A stretch of 64,000 bases of DNA from an uncultured delta proteobacterium (lineage in GTDB: Bacteria; Desulfobacterota; RBG-13-43-22): assembly GCA_963769305.1 (NCBI GenBank), contig CAVYLJ010000034.1, positions 72,647 to 136,646 of the forward strand, given 5' to 3'. Below, one piece after another: positions 39,639 to 49,602 of the stretch. Every line of letters begins with the position of its first letter. Position 1 is the stretch's first letter. Under the pieces are notes generated by a model. That model was not told the origin of the DNA, ran no database searches, and worked only from the letters and a program-made list of their open reading frames with translations. The translations under genes were made by a program, and so were the position numbers.

Positions 39639-40445
39639 ATGCCCATAGGAATCGACCTGGGAAGCCGCTTTGTCAAGATCGTCCAGACCGCGGATTTTAA
39701 GACCTTTAAAAAAATCCGTCTCGACACGGTCCGGTTCTTGACCCAACGGGTAAAAATAGGGTCGAAAAAGACCAGGCACGCCTTGGTCTTGGCTGATTTG
39801 GGACTGAAATCCGAAAAATCTTTGGTGGTCACCGGTTACGGCAAACACCTTATGGGAAAAAAAATAAAGGCCATCACCGAGATCCGGGCCCATTTTCGCG
39901 GGGCCTGTTTTCAAACCGGTTTGGCGGATTTTATCCTGGTGGAACTGGGGGGTCAGGACAGCAAGGTCCTGTGGGTGGAAAATAAGAAGGTGATGGACTT
40001 TCAAACCAATGACAAGTGTGCGGCCGGCACCGGCCGCTATCTGGAGAATATGGCCCGGTTGCTGAACATTAGTATAAAAGAGCTTTCCCGGGAAGTTGAG
40101 ACGCCGGTCCAGATCAACAATACCTGTGCCATTTTTGGAGAGACCGAGATCATCGGCTTTCTCATGGAACAGGTGCCCTTAAAAAGGATCTGCGCCGGGA
40201 TCAATGATTCCGTGGCCCGGCGGGTCATCCAGATGATCCGCCGCTACCCTCCTCTGCCCCTGGTCCTCTGCGGCGGGGTGGCTTTAAACCAAGGGGTAAA
40301 GACCCTGCTTTCCCGCCGTTATGGCCAACCAATCATCATCCCCAAAGAACCCCAGTTTAACGGCGCCATCGGTTGTTGTCTGGAAGGGGTCTCGATGGAA
40401 GAAATTTATGAATGGGCGAATAACAAATCCTCTCCGACTTGGTAG
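39639..40445 (+). CDS. Acyl-CoA dehydratase activase (BadF/BadG/BcrA/BcrD ATPase family; YjiL-like)
   Basis: MPIGIDLGSRFVKIV and NDKCAAGTGRYLENMA motifs. Confidence 0.85.
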   Translation: MPIGIDLGSRFVKIVQTADFKTFKKIRLDTVRFLTQRVKIGSKKTRHALVLADLGLKSEKSLVVTGYGKHLMGKKIKAITEIRAHFRGACFQTGLADFILVELGGQDSKVLWVENKKVMDFQTNDKCAAGTGRYLENMARLLNISIKELSREVETPVQINNTCAIFGETEIIGFLMEQVPLKRICAGINDSVARRVIQMIRRYPPLPLVLCGGVALNQGVKTLLSRRYGQPIIIPKEPQFNGAIGCCLEGVSMEEIYEWANNKSSPTW

Positions 40446-40497
40446 CTTGGTCCGCTTACCGGTCTTCTATCTATTTTTGATGAGAAAGGAGTGCAAC

Positions 40498-41136
40498 ATG
40501 CCTGATCGTGAAGCCCTTAAAAAAAGAATCGATGAACTGACCCATCGCGACTGGAACCTGCCGGCCATCAAGGCCCGGTTTAATAGACTGGTCGAGGAAG
40601 GGATTCCGAAAAAAAGGATGGATCCAGGGGAGGTCATCAACCATAAAAAGGAAATACTTGACCGCGTTCAACTGCGGGCTGAGGAATACTGCCATCTAAC
40701 CCGTAACTGCGCCAAAGGATCGGCCACGGCCCTCTTTGAAGAATTCGGGCTGGGAAACCTGGAAATAATCCGGGGACTCAATCCCTTTCCGGGAATAGCC
40801 ATGAGCGGCGGGATATGCGGACCCGTGACCGGCGGGTTGATGGCCTTGAGTCTCTATTTTTCGCCCTCTGACCTGACCGACTTCCAGGATAACCGGACCT
40901 ACCTATTCGCCCGTAAGTATCTCCACCGTTTCCAGGAGGCCTTCGGAAGTTTGCTTTGCCCCGATATACAGGTCTTCATTCTCGGGAAATACTATGACCC
41001 CCTGGCCGGAGGTCAAAACTATGAGGCCTTTAACAAGGCCCAGGCCCGGGAAAAATGTCCGCTGGCACCCGGCATAGGCGCCCGGATCGCCGCTGATATC
41101 ATTATCGAAAGCCTCGAAAAGGAACAATCGACTTGA
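40498..41136 (+). CDS. C_GCAxxG_C_C family protein
   Basis: NCAKGSATALFEEFG, GGICGPVTGGLMAL and LCPDIQ motifs. Start taken at MPDREAL (40498). Confidence 0.7.
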   Translation: MPDREALKKRIDELTHRDWNLPAIKARFNRLVEEGIPKKRMDPGEVINHKKEILDRVQLRAEEYCHLTRNCAKGSATALFEEFGLGNLEIIRGLNPFPGIAMSGGICGPVTGGLMALSLYFSPSDLTDFQDNRTYLFARKYLHRFQEAFGSLLCPDIQVFILGKYYDPLAGGQNYEAFNKAQAREKCPLAPGIGARIAADIIIESLEKEQST

Positions 41137-41665
41137 ACGGTCTTCCCCGATCAAAGCCCAGCGACTCCTCTTTGATCTTAAGGAGATTTTTTGGGATCCA
41201 ATTCGGAAAAAGCACTATGAAGAACGGCGCCAATGATCGTCTTCGAAACCAACCTTCCGGTTTACGCCCATCGCGAAGATTCTCCTTGGCATAGGGCGGC
41301 CTATGCCAGTATTCAAGGACTAACAGTTCGGAAGCCACTACTCGGCTCCTTCCTGTAATGTGGTTTTTGAATTTTGGCCTGCTATCCCAGATTTCAAATG
41401 AAAATTAATTTAAAAAGTCCAACCCGCATAGACCCATTTTTTCAGATGACCCCCATTGTTCCCCTGACTCTGGCCATATTATTCTCCGTGAACATCTTCT
41501 TTTTCTTTTCTTACTCTTTCCACAAGAAAGGAAATCAAATTATCAAACAGGCAGGAGGCCCCTGAGAGGCTGCCTTTTGTTCCCCTCGAAAAAGACCTTG
41601 GCAGAAAAATAACTATATGCAATGATATTATCATTTAGTAGCACTATATCACAAAGCAGGAGCAT

Positions 41666-42808
41666 ATGGTTCAAAGAAATTTCTGGCTAAAAAAAATAGA
41701 GTCGGCATGGAAACAGAAGTCCCTTATCTGGTTGTCGGGTGTGCGGCGGGTCGGAAAGACCTATCTTTGCCAAAGTCTTCCTGCTATTGAATATTTCGAT
41801 TGCGAACTACCCCGGATTCGTCGTCAGATGGAAGACCCCGAGGCCTTTTTGTTCAGGCTGAAAGGCAAGAAGGTTGTTTTAGATGAAATTCACCGGCTGC
41901 CCAATCCCACGGAACTATTAAAAATAGCTGCTGATCACTATCCTTCCATAAAAATCATCGCTACCGGCTCTTCTACCTTGCAGGCCTCTTTTCGTTTTCG
42001 GGACACTCTCACGGGCCGTAAAGTCCTCCTCTGGTTGACCCCTATGAATTCCCAGGATCTGAGTGATTTTGGAAGTCCGGATCTGCTCTATCGCTTTTTA
42101 CGAGGAGGATTGCCGCCCATATTTTTGAGCAAAGATTATCCCGAAGCCGATTACCAGGAATGGATTGATTCGTATTGGGCCAAAGATATCCAGGAACTTT
42201 TTAGACTTGAGCGACAGTATTCTTTTAAACGATTTATTGAATTGCTTTTTTTACAAAGTGGGGGCCTCTTTGAAGCCACCCGATTTGCCGGCCCCTGTGA
42301 AGTCAGCCGGGGGACCATCAGTAATTATTTGGGAGTTTTGGAATCCACTTGGGTCGTTCAAATAATCCGGCCTTTTTCCACCAGAAGGTCTAATGAAATT
42401 ATCTCTGCCCCCAAAATCTATGCTTTTGATACCGGATTTGTCTGTCACTTTCGGGGCTGGGATCGACTACGAGAAGATGACTTGGGCATTCTCTGGGAAC
42501 ACTGGATCTTAAATGAAATGCACAGTCATTTTCAAAACCCCATAATCCGTTACTGGAGGGACAAGAGGGGCCACGAAGTGGATTTCATTTTGACAAGACC
42601 CGGAAAACCTCCCATAGCCGTAGAATGCAAATGGAAAGCGGCCCATTTCGAGATCAACAATATCAAGGCCTTTCGAAGCCAATATCCTGAGGGCCTGAAC
42701 TTGGTAGTCTGCCAAGACGTTAGGGAGGGATATGGCAAACAGATCGGCAAGATTAAGGTTGAATTCCTGGGAAATGAGGAATTTATCAAAAAGATAATGA
42801 AATCTTGA
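41666..42808 (+). CDS. AAA_14 + DUF4143 family ATPase
   Basis: GVRRVGKTYL Walker A, VVLDEIHRLPN, IIATGSS...LTGRK and a C-terminal HEVDFIL nuclease-fold-like end. Confidence 0.8.
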   Translation: MVQRNFWLKKIESAWKQKSLIWLSGVRRVGKTYLCQSLPAIEYFDCELPRIRRQMEDPEAFLFRLKGKKVVLDEIHRLPNPTELLKIAADHYPSIKIIATGSSTLQASFRFRDTLTGRKVLLWLTPMNSQDLSDFGSPDLLYRFLRGGLPPIFLSKDYPEADYQEWIDSYWAKDIQELFRLERQYSFKRFIELLFLQSGGLFEATRFAGPCEVSRGTISNYLGVLESTWVVQIIRPFSTRRSNEIISAPKIYAFDTGFVCHFRGWDRLREDDLGILWEHWILNEMHSHFQNPIIRYWRDKRGHEVDFILTRPGKPPIAVECKWKAAHFEINNIKAFRSQYPEGLNLVVCQDVREGYGKQIGKIKVEFLGNEEFIKKIMKS

Positions 42809-42951
42809 TATTGAGAGGATATTTTGCCGCTCCATATGGGAGCCCATCAAGGATAAAAAAGAGGATATAGGGGTTGAAAATGTCTATTTCCGGGATATTT
42901 ATGTTGCTAATCAAAAAATTGATGTGGTTCGACCCTATTAATCTCAACTAA

Positions 42952-44562
42952 ATGGGCTTATTAGCCCAAGAGGGACTTCCTATCGACCCAAAGTCTATCA
43001 TAGTCTCTATCAAGAACATCACGTCCTCGGTCTTTGAGGCATACTTGAAATGTCCGACCAAGTGTTTTCTCGTGGCACACGGTGAGGGTGGAAGCGGTAA
43101 TCTCTATGCGGATTGGGTCCGAACGGAGACCGAATCATATAAGAACAGTGGGCTCGCTCGTTTGTCCCAAGGTTTTGCTCGCGACGAAATCGCCACTGGT
43201 TTGACGGGCGAGATAGATGCAAAAACAATCAAGTGGAGACTGGCCGTGGACTTCACGGCTCAAGCACTGAGGATTGACACGGGGATACACGCCGTAGAGA
43301 AAATCTCGTCGCCGGGACGCGGCAAATCCGCGGTATTCATCCCGATTCGCTTCATCTTCCGTAACAAGTTGAATGCCGACGACAAACTGCTTTTGGCATT
43401 CGACGCATTCGCGCTTTCATCCGTACTTGGCCGCACCTTGGACACAGGGAAGATCATCCACGGTGATGATCGGACAATATCAAGTGTGAAACTTGTTGGT
43501 CTGAAGGCCCGTGTCGGCAAGTCCATTGAGAAAATCGTGGCTCTACTCGCTACTGCCACCCCGCCCGAACTCATTCTGCGAAAGCACTGCACCGAGTGTG
43601 GACACCAAAGTCTCTGCAGGCAGAAGGCGGTCGAGAAAGATGATTTGAGTCTGTTGTCCGGTTTAACGGAGAAGGAACGGAAGAAGTCTAACAACGAAGG
43701 CATTTTTACTGTCACGCAACTCTCCTATACCTTCCGACCTCGTCGCCGACCACGACGACTCAGAAACAAGAGAGAAAGGCATCACCATTCGCTGAGAGCA
43801 CTCGCGATTCGGGAGAAAAAAATTCACGTCGTCGGAAACCCGGAACTGATAATCGAGGGAACACCTGTGTATCTGGACGTCGAAGGTCTGCCAGACCGAG
43901 ATATCTACTACCTCATCGGCGTGCGGATCGAAGGCGGCGAATCAACAATCCAGCACAGTCCATGGGCAGACAACGCGGAAGACGAGCGGAGAATATGGTG
44001 CGACTTCCTCGCCATCCTGACAGCAGTCGATAATCCGGTCCTGATCCACTACGGCCGCTTTGAGACGACCTTCCTCAAACGAATGCATGACCGCTATGGT
44101 GGTCCGCCGGAGGACTCAACGGCAGCAAAGGCCCTGAAGAAGGCACCTGTCAACCTGCTTACTGTCATTTTCTCACAAGTCTACTTTCCGACCTATACAA
44201 ACGGATTGAAGGATGTGGCCGAAACCATGGGGTTCCACTGGTCGGACGCCAAGGCTTCAGGCGCTCAATCTGTAGTGTGGCGCTACACATGGGAACAATC
44301 CCGAAATCCAACTGCCAAGCAAAATCTGGTTCGGTACAACGTCGAAGACTGCGAAGCCCTTGAGATTGTCACAAACGCGTTGGTTGAGATCACCCGGCCA
44401 AGAGGGCGACCTGGTGTTGATGTGTCCGTAGCGGACAATGTGGTGAGTGTCGAGTCAATGAAACGCCAGTGGCCATTTTCTTTCGGCAACAAGACTCACT
44501 GGATTGTCCGCAACAGAAGTGCCTCATTCACCTCTTGCGGGACATCAACGAAGAAATCCTGA
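42952..44562 (+). CDS. TM0106-type RecB/Cas4-like nuclease with a C-terminal RNase-H-like (exonuclease-fold) domain
   Basis: ITSSVFEAYLKCPTKCFL and HAVEK, a Cys cluster HCTECGHQSLC, then VYLDVEGLPDRDIYYLIGV...IHYGRFETTFLKRM...YNVEDCEAL. Confidence 0.7.
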   Translation: MGLLAQEGLPIDPKSIIVSIKNITSSVFEAYLKCPTKCFLVAHGEGGSGNLYADWVRTETESYKNSGLARLSQGFARDEIATGLTGEIDAKTIKWRLAVDFTAQALRIDTGIHAVEKISSPGRGKSAVFIPIRFIFRNKLNADDKLLLAFDAFALSSVLGRTLDTGKIIHGDDRTISSVKLVGLKARVGKSIEKIVALLATATPPELILRKHCTECGHQSLCRQKAVEKDDLSLLSGLTEKERKKSNNEGIFTVTQLSYTFRPRRRPRRLRNKRERHHHSLRALAIREKKIHVVGNPELIIEGTPVYLDVEGLPDRDIYYLIGVRIEGGESTIQHSPWADNAEDERRIWCDFLAILTAVDNPVLIHYGRFETTFLKRMHDRYGGPPEDSTAAKALKKAPVNLLTVIFSQVYFPTYTNGLKDVAETMGFHWSDAKASGAQSVVWRYTWEQSRNPTAKQNLVRYNVEDCEALEIVTNALVEITRPRGRPGVDVSVADNVVSVESMKRQWPFSFGNKTHWIVRNRSASFTSCGTSTKKS

Positions 44563-45086
44563 AATACCCATACGATGAAGAGTTGAAGGAATTGGTAGTC
44601 GCCTTTGCGGAATTGGTGAAGCCAATGGTGGAAACTGTAGATCGGCATGGACTGAAACGCTATTTCCTGAGAAAGCATCGGGCGTTCGTGGGGCGGTTCT
44701 ATAAAGGACTGGCAAAGATGGTTTATCAGAGCGAAGCGGCGCTGAAATGCAAAGAACGTTTCCTGAAAAATCAGGACAAACTGTTCACATTCTTGAATTA
44801 CGATGGGGTCCCATGGAACAACAACAACGCCGAGCACGCGATCAAGGCCTACGCGACACTCCGAAAGGTCATGCAAGGCTTATCAACACGCGTCGGCACA
44901 GAAAACTACCTCATCCTGCTGAGCGTCTGCCAGACCTGCAAATATCAAGGATTGGACTTCCTCGATTTCCTGCGATCGGGAGAGAAGGACATCGAAGTAT
45001 TTGCGCAGTCCAACCGTAGAAAAGGCCGGAGCCGTCAATTGCAGTCGGCGAATGGTGCGACCTTGTCAAGTGAAGAGGAGGATTGA
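44469..45086 (+). pseudogene. IS66-family transposase C-terminal portion (lacks the N-terminal two-thirds), overlapping or abutting the nuclease gene
   Basis: QQKCLIHLLRDINEE... and LFTFLNYDGVPWNNNNAEHAIK...LSVCQTCKYQGLDFLDFL match the IS66 CwAHxxR and NNxAER regions. Confidence 0.6.
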
Positions 45087-45466
45087 TTTCTAAACACGAG
45101 ATAGTACTCTAAAGTTTTAGGGCATGTGGGCTGTTGGCAAACTAACCAAAGAACCCCACCCAAACCCAAAGCCCTTGATTTTCAAATAGACTACTCGGGC
45201 TCCCAGATTAATTACCATTTAATAAGGAAATCCCGGAATAACTAAACAAAGTGCTAAAAACGGTTCAAAATAACCCTATATTTTTAAAACATTTCGAATG
45301 GTAATTAATAATTTTGGGGCTATAGCCGGTCAAGGACTTGTAGGTGCAAGATTGAATCCCTGAGGCATGTAGCACTATTTGTCCGGGCAAATACCATTTA
45401 GGCATGAGGCCTTATTTGAAGAGGCAAATAATTAGAAAAAATTTATAACTCGTATGGCCCATACTG

Positions 45467-46711
45467 TTAGACCATCAGCTCCGCCCAGTGCTTCACCTTT
45501 ATTTTCCGGCCCGTCCTTTGAACACCCAATTTAAATTGCATCAGACAAGCCATACAGGAAGTGGTGATCACTTCGGCCCCGGAACTGTCCAAATCAGTCA
45601 AAGGGTGCTCCAGGATCTTATGGGAGAGATCGGGATGGCTGAGATTGAACAGGCCGCCATGGCCGCAGCAGCGGTTGCCTTTAAGTTCCACCAGGGACAG
45701 GCCGGGAAGGGACTTCAAGAGTTCTCTGGGCTCCCTGGTGATCTTGAGTTTTCTTTTGGCATGACAGGGGTCATGAAATGCCACGGCTTGAGGGGGGAGG
45801 GGGGGATGGGAGAGGGGGAGATCCGAACTTCTTTTGCTAATAAACTGACTCAGTTCTTCAACCTTCCGGATAAAATTTTCAACCTTGGGCTGAAGGGCAG
45901 TCTCTTCGGCCAGCAGCTCCGGATAAGCCGTTTTGATGTGGGTGGCACAGGAAGAACAGGAAACCACGACGGCATCCAACCTATCTTCACTAAAAGCCAA
46001 TACATTCTTCCGGGCCAGGTCCCGGGCTGTTTTCATATCGCCCAGGCTGAAGGCCGGAAGGCCGCAACAGGTCTGCTGAGCAGGTATGGTGACCGCCCCG
46101 ATAGGGCTGAGGAGTTTTACCGTGGCCTCACCGACTTCCGGGTACAGATAATTGGTCGTACACCCTACGAAATATCCGAGTTTAGGTAAACGGCTTCTCT
46201 GCCCATTGGCCGGCTTTATGTTCCGATCCAGGAAAAAAGGCCGGGCCAGTTCCGGCCAGGTCCGCGGGTCCGGGGAAAAGCGCAGTTTCAACCCTCTCTC
46301 CTCCGGGATCTTTTTGAATAACAGCCTCTGCCCGGCACGCAAGCTTTTCAGGCGGCGGGGATGGGGCAAAACTTCCCGGGCCAAAAATTTTTTCCACTTG
46401 GCCGGCCCCACCTTTTCCAGAAACAGGCAGCGGCCTTTTTGAATCAGCTCGTCGGCCTTGACCCCGCTGGCACAATTTTCCGCACAGGCCCCGCAGAGCA
46501 GGCAGTTGCTTAACAGATGATAGATTTCTTTATCGGCCGGCAGGAGGTCGGAGAAATGACCGGAGAGGAGGGCCAATTTGCCCCGGGCCACCAGGGTTTC
46601 CTGGCCCGTCTCCAGATAAATCGGGCAGACGGAAAGACAGCTTCCGCATTTAATACACTTTAATACTTCTTCTTTCCATGACAAATTATCAGGTTGCTCA
46701 AAAAGGCCCAT
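45467..46711 (-). CDS. (Fe-S)-binding oxidoreductase subunit, GlcF/LutA-like (2x 4Fe-4S motifs + 2x CCG domains)
   Basis: CIKCGSCLSVCP and CLLCGACAENC, plus CCG-type motifs (TCCGLP, NRCCGHGG). Confidence 0.8.
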   Translation of the reverse strand: MGLFEQPDNLSWKEEVLKCIKCGSCLSVCPIYLETGQETLVARGKLALLSGHFSDLLPADKEIYHLLSNCLLCGACAENCASGVKADELIQKGRCLFLEKVGPAKWKKFLAREVLPHPRRLKSLRAGQRLLFKKIPEERGLKLRFSPDPRTWPELARPFFLDRNIKPANGQRSRLPKLGYFVGCTTNYLYPEVGEATVKLLSPIGAVTIPAQQTCCGLPAFSLGDMKTARDLARKNVLAFSEDRLDAVVVSCSSCATHIKTAYPELLAEETALQPKVENFIRKVEELSQFISKRSSDLPLSHPPLPPQAVAFHDPCHAKRKLKITREPRELLKSLPGLSLVELKGNRCCGHGGLFNLSHPDLSHKILEHPLTDLDSSGAEVITTSCMACLMQFKLGVQRTGRKIKVKHWAELMV

Positions 46712-46815
46712 CTATTGCGTTGCCCTCACCCCTCGTCATTGCAGCGTACTCCAATGTACGCCTCATTCCTCGGAGTTTCAGGCGCCTTGTATCCGGATCT
46801 TTTTGAGCAACCTGA
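46689..46815. other. 17-bp perfect inverted repeat enclosing the leader and first codons of the GlcF-like gene
   Basis: tcaggttgctcaaaaag (46689..46705) pairs with ctttttgagcaacctga (46799..46815), with a 93-nt loop. The left arm covers codons 3-8 of the gene. Confidence 0.6.
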
Positions 46816-46840
46816 AATAAATGGGTATTTCTGCATCCTG

Positions 46841-48761
46841 TTATTTTACCCTGGTCCCGGGAAGGATTTCACCTTCGGGCACGATCAACTTTAACCCCTT
46901 TTCATCCCTGGCCGCCAGGAGCATGGCCTGGGATTCCACTCCCATGAGCTTGGTCGGCTACCAGATTGGCTACCACAACGATCTCTTTACCGGGGAGTTC
47001 TTCAGGGGAATAGTCCTGGCCGATCCCGGCCACCAGGGTCCTTTTCTCCCCCAGGTCCACCTCTAATTTTAGAAGTTTTTTGGATTTGGGGACCCTTTCG
47101 GCTGAAAGGACTTTGGCCACCCGCAAATCCCATTTTTGGAATTCTTCGAAGGATAAGGCCGGAAGAACAGTGGCAGCCGGTTCTTTCGGGCTTTGGGGCG
47201 CGGGCGTTGATTTGGCCTTTTCCGTTTCGATACGGGGGAACAGGGCCGGACCTTTTTGGATCTTGGTCCCGGAGACGTAACCTCCCCAGGCCATTTCCTC
47301 CGTCCATTGGGGGGCCTCTTCCTTTTCTCCCAGGCCTAATTGCCGTCTCATCAGGACCGACGTTTGGGGCATAAAAGGGAAAAGGAGCAGGGCGATCTGG
47401 CGCAAGGTTTCAGCCAGGGTATAGAGAACCGTCATCAGCCTCGGCTTGCTTTCTTCGTCTTTGGCTAAGACCCAGGGGGCCTGGCTGTCGATATATTTAT
47501 TGACCTCATCCACCAATTCCCATAAGGCCATCAAGGCCTTATGAAAAGCGAGCTTTCGGGTCTCCTGCTGCATGATTTCCAAAACCAGCTTAGCCTTCTC
47601 CTTAAGGGCTTCTTCGGCCGGCCCGGACCCTCCCGGTTGGGGAACCGTCCCGCCGCAATATTTTTCAATCATGGTCAGACTGCGGCTGAAACAATTCCCC
47701 AGGTTGTTGGCCAGGTCGGCATTGATCCGCTGGATCAGGGCCTCTTCGCTGAAATGGGCATCCAGGCCAAAGACCATTTCCCGCAGGAAAAAATAGCGGA
47801 CCCCATCGGTCCCGAAGCGATCGACCAAATTCTTCGGCCGGACTACATTGCCCAGGGTTTTGGAAATCTTGGCCTGGTCGATGTTCCAATAGCCATGGAC
47901 ATTTAAATGTTGATAGGGCGGGATGCCGGCGGCTTTGAGCATGGTCGGCCAGTATATCCCGTGGGGCTTTAAAATATCTTTGGCTATAATATGTTGGACC
48001 GAGGGCCAGAACTCGGAAAAAAGAGGGCCGTCCGGATAATCCAGACCGGAGAGATAATTGATCAGGGCATCGAACCAGACATAAGTCACATAATTGTCGT
48101 CAAAAGGCAGGGGGATCCCCCAGGTCAGCCGTGATTTGGGCCGGGAAATGCACAGGTCCTCCAGGGGTTCGCTCAAAAAAGACAGGACCTCATTCCGGTA
48201 TCGTTCCGGCCGGATAAAATCAGGATGTTTTTTGATATGATCGATCAGCCAGTCCTGATAAGCGCTCATCCGGAAGAAATAATTGGCCTCTTTGACCAGT
48301 GTGGGCTTGGCCCGGTGGTCGGGACATAAGCCCTCCACCAGTTCCCGCTCGGTGTAGAACCGTTCGCACCCCAGGCAGTACTGACCTTCATATTCGCTGA
48401 AGTAAATATCCCCGCTCTCATAAACCTTGTTCAAAATATGGGTCACCACCCGGATATGATCTTCATCGGTGGTCCGGATAAAGCGGTCGGGGTGGATATT
48501 TAAGTCCGGCCAGGTCCGACGGAAAAACTGACTGATGCGGTCGGCATAGGCTTTCGGCTCCAACCCCACACTTTGGGCCGCCTGGACCACCTTTTCCCCA
48601 TGCTCGTCGGTGCCGGTCTGGAAACGGGTGGCATATCCCAGGCATTGATAAAACCGATTCAAGGTGTCGGCGGCAATGGTGCTGTAGGCATGGCCGATGT
48701 GCGGCTCGGCATTGACGTAATAAATAGGGGTAGTCACATAGAATGTTTTTTCCGCCATCAT
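46841..48761 (-). CDS. metG: Methionine--tRNA ligase with a C-terminal tRNA-binding (EMAP-like) domain, one apparent frameshift near 46972
   Basis: The HIGH region is PHIGHAYS. ORF 46902..48761 ends ...VVANLVADQ. Shifting one base gives PTKLMGVESQAMLLAARDEKGLKLIVPEGEILPGTRVK with a stop at 46841. Confidence 0.92.
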
Positions 48762-48765
48762 TATC

Positions 48766-49602
48766 TTATTCCTTTTCCTTTTTGTCCTGTCCCGCCTCAG
48801 GGATTAATTCTCCCACCTTGAGGACCTTCTCCTCTCCCTCCTTGGTCTCAACCAGCAGGGTCCCTTCCATGACATTTTGTCTGAGGACTTTAACCGGCCC
48901 CAGGGTACTCATAACGGTCTTTCCGCACTTCGGGAAATCCTTTTTCAGCTTCAGGTAGGTATCATATTCATAGGTCAGGCAGCACATCAACCGGCCGCAA
49001 AGACCAGAAATTTTTATGGGGTTTAAAGGCAGATTCTGTTCCTTGGCCATCTTGACCGAGACGGTAGCAAAATCGGGCAGAAAAGTGGAGCAACACACCC
49101 CTCGGCCGCAGTGGCCTAAGCCTCCCAACATCTTGGCCTCATTTCGAACCCCGATCTGGCGCATTTCAATCCGGGTGTGGAAGCGATGGACCAGGTCCTT
49201 GACCAATTCCCGAAAATCGATCCGCCCGTCGGCGGTAAAGTAAAAGATAATTTTACTGCCGTCAAAAAAGCTTTCCACCTTCACCAGTTTCATGACCAGG
49301 TTTCTTTCGCGGATTCGCTCCAGACAAAAGGCAAAGGCCTCCTTTTCCTTTTCCCGGATTTTCCGGTCCTGCTCCAAATCGGCATCATTGGCCAGCCGGA
49401 ATATCTTTTTGTATTCCTTTCCCTCTTCGATCCGGTCGACCTTTTGGGGCCCTCGTACCACCCTGCCAAGACCCATCCCTTCTTCGGTCTTGACGATAAC
49501 CAGGTCTCCGGGTTTCAAGACGAAATGGCCGCAGTCAAAATCATAGATCGGGCCGGAACTTTGAAACCGTATCCCGACAATTTTTAAGCTTTCGATAGTC
49601 AT
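48766..49602 (-). CDS. ricT: PSP1 domain protein (RicT/YaaT-like)
   Basis: 278 aa with the CGRLMCCLTYE Cys motif. Confidence 0.8.
   Translation of the reverse strand: MTIESLKIVGIRFQSSGPIYDFDCGHFVLKPGDLVIVKTEEGMGLGRVVRGPQKVDRIEEGKEYKKIFRLANDADLEQDRKIREKEKEAFAFCLERIRERNLVMKLVKVESFFDGSKIIFYFTADGRIDFRELVKDLVHRFHTRIEMRQIGVRNEAKMLGGLGHCGRGVCCSTFLPDFATVSVKMAKEQNLPLNPIKISGLCGRLMCCLTYEYDTYLKLKKDFPKCGKTVMSTLGPVKVLRQNVMEGTLLVETKEGEEKVLKVGELIPEAGQDKKEKE

Noticed and set aside
41102-41338. 78-aa minus-strand ORF with a good Shine-Dalgarno (GGAAGGAG, 7 nt, GTG) at the left edge of the 41.3-45.2 kb insertion
   Set aside because: No recognisable motif is present. It overlaps the 3' end of the C_GCAxxG gene, and its start region is part of the direct repeat. 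It may be a remnant, but the support is insufficient to call it a gene.
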